Positions 1 to 10,399 of a stretch of DNA of 64,000 nucleotides are shown in pieces. Both the position numbers and the translations under genes were made by a program. How positions within the stretch are numbered: position 1 is the first letter of the stretch; every line of letters begins with the position of its first letter. The notes beneath the pieces are model-generated. The model made no database searches and was not told the DNA's origin. It saw only the letters and a list, made by a program, of their open reading frames with translations. Source of the DNA: Mesotaenium endlicherianum (lineage: Eukaryota); NCBI GenBank assembly GCA_009602735.1, contig WELA01002449.1:59818-123817 (forward strand). Reading direction: 5' to 3'.

Positions 1-383
1 GGGGGGGGGAGACGCAGGCTGCTACTCCACTTGAAGTCTCTCCAGGTGGTAAATGCAGCCTTCAGACAGCTGAGGCTTTGCATCGCCCAGCTCTCAGGAC
101 GAGTGTTCTGTTGCAAGGCTGTTGGGACAAACGAGTGTGTGTGCCTCCCTCCCGTCGAGAGTGTTGAGTTTGTTGGCGAGGAGGATACGATTGACCGTCG
201 GCCAACTTTTTGACTTCAGATCTCTCTCTCCCTCTCTCTCTCTCCCATCTCACCTCCCTCCCCGTCTCTATCCCTCTTCATCTCTCCTCGCCTACCTCTC
301 ACTCTTCCTCTCCCTCCCCCTCTCCCTCTTCCTTCTCCCTCTTCTCTCTCTCCCTTTCTCTCTCCTCGGGCCTTTGCCGGTAG

Positions 384-3300
384 ACCTGGTGCCGCGGGAG
401 GTAGCGGAGAAGTGGCTCAAGTACCTGCGCGAGGAGCTGCCCACGGTGGCCTTCAAGTGCTCCACGCAGGCGCAGAAGGCGCACCTGGGCCAGCGCGCCA
501 TGCCCGCGTCTCTCGCGGCGTCCAGCGACGCGCTCAAGAGCAGCGAGAGCCTAGGGGCCGAGACGCTGCTGCAGCTGCTCAAGAACTACGCCCGCAACCT
601 CAACGTCAGTCAGCTTGCTCTCCCTCTCCTCTCCTCCACTCTCCTCTCCTCCTCCCCCGCCCTCCCCCGCCCTCCCCCCCNNNNNNNNNNNNNNNNNNNN
701 NCCCCTTTTGCCCGAGCGCAGGCCCTCCCCCCCTTCTGCCCCTCTTCTGCATCGCGCCTTCTGGTCGACCGGGCGGGCAGCAACCAGCCTTGCCTACCAA
801 GCAGTGCTCTCACAGGAGGCAGGACAAGGGTCTGCCTCTGCTGGGGCAGGCAGCTTGGCCGAAGGCACACAGTGGGGACCTGCCTGAACAGCAGCTGGGG
901 ATGCTGGGATATGCTGCTGATCTACGTGGATACTGTCGTGTACCTCTTCCTCTTCCTCCTCCTCCTCCTCCTCCTCCTCCTCCTCCCCCGCCTCTTCCTC
1001 GTTTTCCTCCTCTTCCTTCCCCCCCTCCTCCTGCTTTTCCTTCCTCGCCCTGCTCCTCCTCCTCCTCACCATCGTTCTCCTCCTCGTCGCGGTGGGCGTG
1101 CGCGCGACAGATCAAGACGGCGATCACGGTGGGCGTGGTGGGCTTCCCCAACGTGGGTAAGAGCAGCCTCATCAACAGCCTGAAGCGCACGCGCGTGGCC
1201 AGCGTGGGCTCCACGCCCGGCGTTACCAAGGCCATGCAGGAGGTCCACCTGGACAAGCACGTCAAGCTGCTCGACTGCCCTGGGATCGTGTTTGCCTCCA
1301 CGGCCGGCAACGAGGCCTCGGCCGCGCTCCGCAACGCCATCAAGGTGGAGAGGCTGGACGACCCCATCGCGCCAGGTGTGCGCGCGCCTGTGGCCTTGAA
1401 GTGCTCTCCTCTCCTCCCCTCCCCCCCCATTTCCCCCTTTCGCTTCCCGAAACAACCTTTGCTGGGAAAGGGAGGACCACGCCGTCGTGCATTGCGCTTT
1501 CCTGTGTTGGTGTCTGTGTGTGCGTGTGCGTGTGTGCGTGGTCAATTAATAGTGTTATGGTGGCTGTCTTCAACCCTAGAAGGGTGCGCGCATCAGTGGG
1601 AAACTTTTGTCCCCTCTTCGACAGCCTTCCCAAAGGAACTGCCAGAGTGTGTCGCATACCCGCCACGCCCACCCTGCGCGTTCATCAACCCCAGCAACTC
1701 AGCGTCTGTGACCAATGACACGCTGTACGCACGCACTCGGGAGTGTGGCATCCAAGCATTGGTGGTGGCTGTTAAAGTTGCACCATTCAATCAACTTATA
1801 GCTCTGTGCGTGCGCGCGCTTGTGTTTTCGGCGTGGGCGTGCTTGTGTGTGTGCTCGTGTGTGTGTCTATGCGAGTGTGTGAAAGTGCTTGCAGAAAGTA
1901 CATGCTGACTCCCCGTCCGTTGGTTCTGGGGGTGGTGGTGGTGGTGGCGGCGCGCGGTGCAGTGGCCGAGATCCTGAAGCTGTGCAGCGCGGAGCGCCTG
2001 ATGGGCATCTACAAGATCGAGCGCTTCTCCGGCGTGGACGAGTTTGTGCGCCTCATCGCCATGGCGCGCGGGAAGCTCAAGAAGGGCGGCATCCCCAACA
2101 CCGCCGCTGCCGCCAAGTCCGTGCTCAAGGACTGGAATGAAGGTGACCCCTCCCTGTCCTTCCCTCCCTACCTCTCTCTCTCTCTCCTCCCCTCCTTTCC
2201 TCCCTCTTTGCCTCCCCTTCACATTTTCGCTGCCTTCCCCCCTCCCTCTTTCCGTCCCTCCCTGCCACCCAGCCTCCCCCAATTTCTCTTTCCTTGCCTC
2301 CCTTCCCTCACGTCCTTGTTGCCTTCTTCTCTCCCTCTTATGATTCCTATGCCCCTCCCTGTCCATCCCTCCCTGCCTCCCCCTGCAGCCCCGCTCTCTC
2401 CCTCTGCTCCTCACTGCCCCCGCGGCTCTGCTGACTATACAACTGACTGCTACAACAATGACATGTGTTATGATGCTGATGTTGGCCTCGCGGCCTGTCT
2501 GGGCATGCGCGAGTCCTCATTTCGTGGACCTCCGACCTTCTCCTTGGTTGAGCTTCTGATGCGCGCCTGCTGCCTCTGGTGTGAGCGCACGCATCATCGT
2601 TGTCATCAGGGCGGGCGCCTGTTCGCCACCTTCAGGTGTTAGGTTGCGAGTGGATGTGCCCCAAGCATGTCCACCTTTGGCCATATAGATGCTGATAATA
2701 AATTGGCGAAAGTGAGTGTCAGGATCTCAAGCCAGACGGGAAAGGACGGCCGCTGCAGGCTGCCTGCGGCCTCTGTCTGGCAGGCCTTGTCAGAGTGGGT
2801 GAGTAAAGGGGCAGGGGTGCTGTAGGGGTCATCGCAGATGAGCTCCTTTGAGGATGCTGGTGACCAGGACCGCTGCAGTCAGCAGGGGCAGCTGCAGCAG
2901 CAACAAGCAGACAGACGGGCTGCAGGGCCCAGTGGCCAGCCAGCTGGCCAGCTGACATCCCATAGGTCACTTACCCAAGATCCTTCTTGGGGGGGGGGCG
3001 CGTTTGCGTGTGTGTGTCTCTGTCGGCGGGGAAACGTGCGCATATGTATGTGTGTGTGTGTTTGTATGGGTGCGCGTGTCGTGCAGGCAAGATCCCGTAC
3101 TTCACGCTGCCGCCGGCGAGGGACAGTAACGCGGAGCACGACGCGGCGGCCATTGTGACGGACTACAGCAAGGAGTTTGACGTGGACGAGGTGTTCCGCG
3201 GCGAGGAGACAGCTGTCATTGCGGGGCTGCCGTCCATGGCGGACGGCGACTACACCATGATGCAGGCCGGGGAGACGCCCACCCTCGACACCGAGGGCCT

Positions 3301-4137
3301 CGAGGTCAGCACACACGCGCGTGCGATCGCACTCCCTGTTGTTTGCTATTTCCTCGAAATAAGTGCTGTGGTGGGTGGCCGCGTCACAAATGCGAGCTAC
3401 TGCCTGACGGGTGACCTTTTTTGCCCTTGATGCTGATAATGTTGCTTGAACCTCCATGGCATTGGTGGCCGTGTGCTGGAAACGATGTCCTCTGTGTGGT
3501 GCTCGTGTCCGTACACGTACTGAGAGCCAAGTCGCCGTTGCGTTGCACACTTTGTGGGAAAGAAGAGGTGGTAACTCGCAGGGCGCTTGATCCCTGAGTG
3601 GCCGCACAGCTGCCTGACTTGCAGCTCTAGGCGCCTCAGTGACTGCCGTGTGAAATACGTGGTTTGTTGCGATCGGTCAATGTTTGAACCGTGAGGCTGA
3701 TTCTCATGTTCTCACTCTCGGTTATTGTCTGCTTGTCTCTACCTGCGTAGGATGAGGAGGAAGAGGAAGAAGACGACGAGGACGACGACGAGGAGGAAGA
3801 GGAGGAAGATGCCGGCCCCACTGAGATGGAGCAGGAGGAGAAAGTCGTGGCGCGGGGCCAGAAGTTTCTGCGCCAGAACGACACGCTCTACGACGCTGAC
3901 GGCATCCACAACCCCCACGCTGCACGCGCCGAGAAGAAGAAAAAGAGGAAGAAGAGTGCCGTAGCGCTGGCCGGGGCAGTGGGTACAGGTGTGGGTGTCA
4001 GGGGCAACAGTAAGGATGACGATGAGGAGTACGACTTTGCCATGGATTATGACGGAGAGGGAGGGAATGCTGCCGACGCGGCAGATGCAGATGACGAAGA
4101 AGAGGACGCTGAGGGCGACTCTATAGATGCTGAGTAG
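384..4137 (+). CDS. NSN1: Nucleostemin-like / GNL3 circularly permuted nucleolar GTPase, 3' part (5' exons lie upstream of the window)
   Basis: Phase-consistent GT-AG exons 384-604, 1111-1375, 1963-2142, 3087-3304, 3751-4137. Encodes [29 protein letters not shown], the G1 motif [10 protein letters not shown]3 [25 protein letters not shown] and an acidic/basic tail. Confidence 0.93.
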
Positions 4138-4400
4138 AATGCATGTATGGATAGGCTTGCGCTTTGCAATAGCAATATAGTACGGCATTTGTCCATCCTC
4201 TTGTATGGGCAGAACATTCCTTACACAAGGTTTATGTTTTAGTTTCTACACGTACATGTGCAAGAAGATAGTGATTGTGGCCTGTTCAAATGAAATGGAC
4301 AAGCAGGCCCTAAGATTGCATGGTGCAAAAGGAGATAGCAAGCTGAAGGAGCTTCTGGATGAGCACTTGTAGCCTTGAAGGTCATTCAAAAAGTTTCAAA

Positions 4401-4562
4401 TTGAAGGTTTGCGACATGAAATGTCACAAACCAAAGTTTGACAAGTGTTCAAATTTGATCAATTTCACACGTGTTGTGTCTCATCGACAAACAAAACCCT
4501 CATTAGGCTTCTCGTTGCAAAGAAGCCTCATTGCAACAGGAAGGTAGTTGCTACACATACCC
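4401..4562 (+). repeat. Split direct repeat A1 (left terminus)
   Basis: TTGAAGGTTTGCGACATG...GCTACACATACCC recurs near-identically at 9612-9764 and partly at 9839-9957. Confidence 0.9.
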
Positions 4563-4601
4563 GCGTAGACATTGCATGTCGAGACTTACTCAAACAATCT
4601 T

Positions 4602-5564
4602 ATGTCAGGCATACAAAATCGCTTGATAGAGTACCATAGATCCGCGAACACTCGAGATGCGGACGTGTTTGCTCACTTACGAGCGATGACGGAGAGAGGT
4701 GAGGGAAGCCAGGGAGGCCCGAGCGACTTACGCAATGATAGTGAGCAGGTCAATGGCGAGCAGATTAACGACATCGGTAGGGCGAGAGTAGCGAGCCAGC
4801 TTACTGCTTATGAAATCGCCAAATTACATGCAGAGTTCCTTAAAGAGTACGAAAGCGAGCAGGCCGAGCTCAGCAAGGCGGAAGCGGCTGAGCTCAAAGC
4901 TGCGCAGCACGCTGCTCATCTCGAAATGGCCAAGTTATAGCAGGCAGTGAGCAAACTAGCGCAAAGCAAGGTCTCGCAAGCTCACGATGGCGAGGGAGCA
5001 GGGGCGGACATCCTGCAGCAGCTCAAGCGGCTCAAGAGGAAAAGTGAGGTTGCAGGTGTGGGCAAGTTGTCTGAGGGCAACCGCGCCCAAATGAAGGTCA
5101 TGAACGACCTCGCGGAGCTGTGCCACAACGCTCAAGATGCGCTGGACAAGGAAGACATTGAAGCGGCCCAAAGCGCGCTCACGGAAGGTTTGTCTCTGAT
5201 AACTTTTCGGCAAAAGCACATCATTTCCGCGGACTTGCATAGCTGGCATGTAATTAATGAGGTTGTCAAGTCCATGCAAACTAAGGATGAGAGCGAGGAT
5301 TGGGAGAATCGGGTCCAAAAGCAAGTGGCTAAGAGTAAGGACAAAGAGGAGGAGAGGGAGTTTGAATTTAGTAGTTTGCGGGCCAGCCCGTATGCGTTTA
5401 AGGCTAACCCCCGCGCTCCTAGGATGTTTAGAAATGACTTGAGTTGCTGGCACTGCCACATGGTAGGCCACACATCTCATTTTTGCCCTTCGGGGCCACC
5501 TAATGGCCCAGGCCCCCAACAGAGGCAGCCTTTGCTAGCACCAGCTCAGGTAGCAAACTTCTAG
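4602..5564 (+). pseudogene. gag-like ORF of the YR retrotransposon, interrupted by TAG at 4938-4940
   Basis: ORFs 4572-4940 and 4947-5564 share one frame. Helical region followed by the zinc knuckle CWHCHMVGHTSHFC (Cx2Cx4Hx4C) and a Pro/Gly/Gln-rich tail. Confidence 0.8.
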
Positions 5565-6458
5565 GGGCCTTATGGGCCACCCCAAGGGCCTTATGGCCAG
5601 CCCCAGCGTTTATTAGCATTTTTTGTTATTTGGAGTGTGAGTAGTTGGACATTGTTAACCAGGCCTTTGGCCTCCATGGACAATTTAAATTTTTGGTATG
5701 ATTATTTTTTATTATTTTTTATTGGCAAATTGTTGCTGCATTGGTTAGCCACCTAGGCCCCCTATACATTTGGGTGCACATGCTCACGTTAAGGAGCATA
5801 ACATTGTTGGACGTGGGTGGGATACCAAGCCTAGGACTCCACTAATATTGTTTGTAATTATTGTCGTTATTGGTTATGTTTGATTGGTTGTTGACTCGGT
5901 TCTTGCTTGGGTCGTTGCATACATGATGGTGTTTGTTGTAAATATTTTGTGGCTGTTTTGTTGGTTGTTATAATTGCCGTTACGTTAGTTTGCTTGTCGG
6001 GCACATTAGTAGGCGGATGATGCATGTCCCTCTTATCGAGGGACGTACGCCGCACGTATGGATGTGCGTGGGTGGAAGAAAGCCCCTTCAGGCCTCTTAG
6101 GCGCTGGCAGATTGCGCACGAATGGAGACCACTCTCATTGAGCTTTGGTTCTCGCGGCTGGATTTTTGGTTTGTTGGCATGTCGCCTCTCGCACACTGGC
6201 GCGTTGTATTGCAAGGCTGCTATAGGCCAGAGAAGTGTAGGCAAAAAGTTTTCAAAGCACAAATTGAATGCACGCGCACTGGCGCAAGTATGCATGAAGG
6301 CTCCTGCCAGCCATATAGGCATTGGCAGTGGGAACACGGTTGGGATCACTCCTATGGAGTTTTGGATCGCCGAATATAGAGGGGCTGCAATGCGATGTCA
6401 AAAGGGTGCACACATATGCCACACAAGTCGGTTGCCGGTGCATGCATAGCGTACCCCA

Positions 6459-8387
6459 ATGTTGCAATTGCGGAGCAGGGTAATGGAGGATGCCAATCAA
6501 TCGTTGACACGTTCGAGGCATCGTGGCCAAGACCAACCGCGGGTATGCTATATCGTTTGTTGGGTCATAGGTAATTTCGTGAGCGACGAGAAGGATTTCA
6601 AACACGAACTCCAAGTGTACTTGGGGCGGAAGGAAGAAGCCGTGCAGTCGGACGGCGCCGCATCGAAGGTACCACCGCAAGCAACCGTGGTTGCAGGAAA
6701 TTTGGGAGCAAATGTTGCCTGGTGGAAACGTTGGTGTACGTCTTCGTTAGTCCTCTCTACCATCGAGAGTGGCTACAAGTTGGTGTGGGACACGCATACT
6801 GCACCACGGCATCACCAGCGCAACCATAAAGGTGTGGAGAAACACATACAGTTTGCCCGTGAGTCAGTGGGGGAGCTAGTAGCCTCCGGGGCTGCCAAAG
6901 AGTGGACTCTCCNTAGCCTCCGGGGCTGCCAAAGAGTGGACTCTCCTAGGTCTCCCACACTGCATATGCCCCTTGAACGTGGTCGAGGGCAAGAAGTTAC
7001 GGTTAATTCATGACCTGCGCCACGTGAACAAAGCGTTGAAAAAAGTAAAATTTAAGTATGAGGGGTTGGATAAGTTAGTCGATGGCGTGCACGTAGACGA
7101 CTTCGTGTTTACCATTGACCTCAAGTCTGGCTATCATCACGTCAAGATGCACAAAGATGCACATACGTTCTTGGGGGGTTTGAGCTGGATAAGAAGATTT
7201 ACACTTTCACATGTCTCCCATTCGGGCTTGCGATCGCACCTTACGTATTCACACAAGTGGTGAAAGAGCTGGTGGGAAGGTGGAGGCAGATGGGGATACG
7301 AGTCATAGCATATCTAGACAATTTTTCTGGTGAGCTGTCCCAGTGAGGACGCCCACGCGCGAAAATGCGGCTGGTGTTCGGCGAACTTGCACTAGCAGGA
7401 TTCGTGGTGAATATGCAGAAGGCAGTACTTACGTGTTCAAAAATCACACAATTCTTGGGCATTGTGATAGACACTCGTAAACTTTGGGTGCACATTGGCA
7501 AGACGCGCAAGGAAAAACTCCTCCTAACACTCCTCCACGTTCGAGCTATGGCCCACAGGACTCGTAGCGTGCACATTAGAACGATAGCATCTTTAGCAGG
7601 CTAGCTAATTTCCATGAAGGTGGCTTTTGGGGGCACCGCGGGCATGTACACACGCCATATGTACACTGTTATCAACCAGGGGTCTACTTGGGATAACATG
7701 GTCCCCATGACGGAAGGGCTGCTCCACGAGCTTGCTTTTTAGGAGGAGCACTTTGATAAGTTCAATGGTGCTCCCATTCGGGCCACCATGGCCCCTGATT
7801 TTGTCATGCACACCGACGCTAGCGTGACCACATGGGGCGCAGTTTTGAGATCGGTGGCCTCAGGGCAGACGTGGGAATTACTGGGCCCACTCCCCGCTGC
7901 TAGCATCGGGGGATCGTCAACATTAAGGGAGATACTTGGACGATTTTTCCTGCGACCGGAGGCTTTTCAAACACTAGAAGCACAGTGGGGGCCGCATTCG
8001 ATCGATGGATTTGCCACAGCAAGCAACACGCGCCTGTCGAGGTTCAACTCTAGGTGGCTAGAGGTGGGCGCTGAGGCCATAAATGCCCTCACCGAGCACT
8101 GGGCAGGTGAAAACAACTATTCTTTTCCACCACCTCAGATGGTCGCTCCAGTAGTCGACCACGTCCTGCGATGCAAGGCCAACTGCACGCTAGTGATACT
8201 CCAGTGGTAGTCAGTCAACTGGTGGCAGCGGTTGCTAGATAGCGATGCGGAGTGGATAGATTGTGTGCAGGCGAGCATTCCGCTAGGCTATAGCTCCTCA
8301 ATTTTGTTGCCTGGCACAGACAAGGCTGCGTTTGGGGGCAAGGGCATCCCTCTGTGCATGGTGCTAGCCTTACGCTTGGGTGTATGA
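6459..8387 (+). pseudogene. RT / RNase H / DNA adenine methyltransferase-like polyprotein, disrupted
   Basis: RT motifs GKKLRLIHDLRHVN, TIDLKSGYHH, LPFGLAIAPYVFT and YLDN (7311-7322, from YLDD). RNase H motifs MHTDASVTTWGA and SSTLRE. MT motifs WGPHSIDGFAT..N..LSRFNS and NNYSFPPP. Frameshift at the G-run ~7173 and in-frame stops at 7344, 7602, 7740 and 8208. Confidence 0.88.
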
Positions 8388-8425
8388 GGTGTTGAGCAGA
8401 ATATCAACTTTTCGAAAATTCGGTC

Positions 8426-9427
8426 TTGCAAGCCTTGGAAGCCACGAGCGTGGACGTGTTGCTCCACACTATCGCGCCTCCCAGTCTGCGTACCTACAAT
8501 ACTTACTGGATGCGTTTTCAACGGTGGTGCGAAATGCATAAGTTGCAGGATCTTCCGGCGTCAGTCGAGGTGGTCAGGCTCTACTGCTTGTATCTCATCC
8601 AGGAGCGTGTCACCTGGTCTACATACCATTTGTCATCGGCTGCAATCTTTTGCGTGCATCGACTAGCGGAGCTACCTAGCCCCACATCGCACGACAAAAT
8701 CAATACCCTTAGAAAAGCAGCGCAAAGGTTGCTGCCCAGACCCAAGCACACCATGATGCCGGTCACACCTTGCACCCTCACTGCGATTTTTGAAAAGCAC
8801 GCAGGGCCAGGTGCCACCGCTGCATCGCTCATGAAGGTGGCCGCGATGATGTACAGTGCTTGTCTGCGATACTCAGATCTGGCCAAAACCAAAATTCAGG
8901 ATCTCGACATCACGGGTGGTCCAAACATCACAGACATTTACTTGCACCTCCCGTCCTCTAAGACGGACCAAATTGGTGAGGGCGCATGGGATGCCCTTCA
9001 CGCAAGCAACTCCAAGTGGTGCCCGATAAAAATGTTGTGTAGGTTAGTGGCGGAGATACCAGAGTATGCTCTCGATGGACCTTTAATTCGGCATATACAG
9101 GCATCTGGCAAACCTTCTCTTCAGCCCGCCTCACACGCCACTGTGAATAAGTGGTGCAAGGAACTATTTGCATCGATAGGCCTTACACAGAATATGGGTA
9201 CGCACTCCTTGCGAAAGGGAGCCGCCACAGCAGCCGCCAACTTGGGCGTCCCAGATGCCGTAGCCCAAACTATGGGCAGTTGGAAATCTGCTCGAGGAAA
9301 AGAGCCATACGTGCTTCACCTGCAGCAGTCACTGGCAACCGCTGCCCGAACCATAGCCATCCCTGACGATGCTAGCGATGCTCCCTATGGCCAAGAGCAA
9401 ATTCTAGCAACTTTTAGACGCAAGTAG
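8426..9427 (+). CDS. Tyrosine recombinase of the retrotransposon (open frame, ~333 aa; true start uncertain)
   Basis: N-terminal binding segment LRTYNTYWMRFQRWC. Catalytic set LRYSD (R), SKTDQ (K), HSLRKG (HxxR), GSW and EPY (Y). Confidence 0.88.
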   Translation: MQALEATSVDVLLHTIAPPSLRTYNTYWMRFQRWCEMHKLQDLPASVEVVRLYCLYLIQERVTWSTYHLSSAAIFCVHRLAELPSPTSHDKINTLRKAAQRLLPRPKHTMMPVTPCTLTAIFEKHAGPGATAASLMKVAAMMYSACLRYSDLAKTKIQDLDITGGPNITDIYLHLPSSKTDQIGEGAWDALHASNSKWCPIKMLCRLVAEIPEYALDGPLIRHIQASGKPSLQPASHATVNKWCKELFASIGLTQNMGTHSLRKGAATAAANLGVPDAVAQTMGSWKSARGKEPYVLHLQQSLATAARTIAIPDDASDAPYGQEQILATFRRK

Positions 9428-9530
9428 CATTACCATGTAGTACGACCCGTAAGGGCTGCTACTTAGATGAGACCCAACTTCTACGCTAACCACTAGACTA
9501 GCCTAGAAGTACCTTGTATGCAATTAACAT

Positions 9531-9764
9531 TGCATACTACTACTCCTACTATTCTTTCTAATATCACCTTCTTTCTTTCGAAATCAGGCAATTTGAACAC
9601 AAATTGTCAACTTGAAGGTTTGCGACATGCAAAGCAAAGTTTGACAAGTGTTCAAATTTGATTGATTTCACACGTGTTGTGTCTCATCGACAAACGAAAC
9701 CCTCATAAGGCTTCTTGTTGCAAAGAAGCCTCATTGCAGCAGGAAGGTAGTTGCTACACATACC
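9531..9764 (+). repeat. Internal B1-A2 repeat junction (copy of the circle junction)
   Basis: B1 (GCATACTACTACTCC...CAAATTGTCAA, 9531-9610) directly abuts A2 (TTGAAGGTTTGCG..., 9612-9764). Confidence 0.88.
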
Positions 9765-10286
9765 CACCCACCCACCCCTCTAACCCTCCAATCCACTGGG
9801 AGAGGCACGAGGCGGGCAATAAAGTTGGTGCCAGCAATAGTGTTCAAATTTGATCGACTTCACACGTGTTGTGTCTCATCAACAAACGAAACCCTCATAA
9901 GGCTTCTTGTTGCACAGAAGCCTCATTGCAGCAGGAAGGTAGCTGCTACACATACCCACTTACCCACTCCTCTAACCCTCCACTCCACTGGTAGAGGCAA
10001 GAGGCAGGCAACGAAGTTGGTGCCAGCAATAGTCTTTGCCATGCACGATAGAGTGGTTGTTATTTGTTAGGTCACAATATGTTTTGTCGATTAGTAGTAA
10101 CCAACGGCGGCGATTCGACGGTCAACCTCAACAGAGCAAGAATGCAGCTGCCAATCCATAGTGTTGGTTAGGAGTTGGAATATAGTTGTTTTGACCTCTT
10201 TGTATTGTTATTGATTAGTCAAGTACAGATAAGCGTAGCAGCATGTAGGAAAGGACTAGACAAGAACGGATGACGCGTAATTTGTA

Positions 10287-10392
10287 GCATACTACTACTC
10301 CTACTATTCTTTGCATACAACTACTTCTTCTATTCTTTCTGATATCACCTTCTTTCTTTCAAAAGCAGGCAATTTGAACACAAATTGTCAAA
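10287..10392 (+). repeat. Split direct repeat B2 (right terminus)
   Basis: Matches B1, with an extra internal ~26-bp duplication (GCATACTACTACTCCTACTATTCTTT / GCATACAACTACTTCTTCTATTCTTT). Confidence 0.88.
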
Positions 10393-10399
10393 TTGTTGA

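Larger units (their letters stand above)
4396..10395 (+). mobile_element. Tyrosine-recombinase (DIRS-order) retrotransposon with split direct repeats (PAT/Ngaro-type architecture), degenerate copy
   Basis: Domain order is gag (CCHC knuckle), RT, RNase H, DAM-like methyltransferase, YR. Repeats are A1 4401-4562, B1 9531-9610, A2 9612-9764 and B2 10287-10392. TCAAATTG occurs at both ends. Confidence 0.92.

Noticed and set aside
122..2642. Long overlapping ORFs (353, 498 and 278 aa)
   Set aside because: They are read-through of CT/GT-repeat introns and an N-gap around real NSN1 exons.
4956..5519. Antisense ORFs within gag
   Set aside because: Shadow frames with no recognisable motifs.
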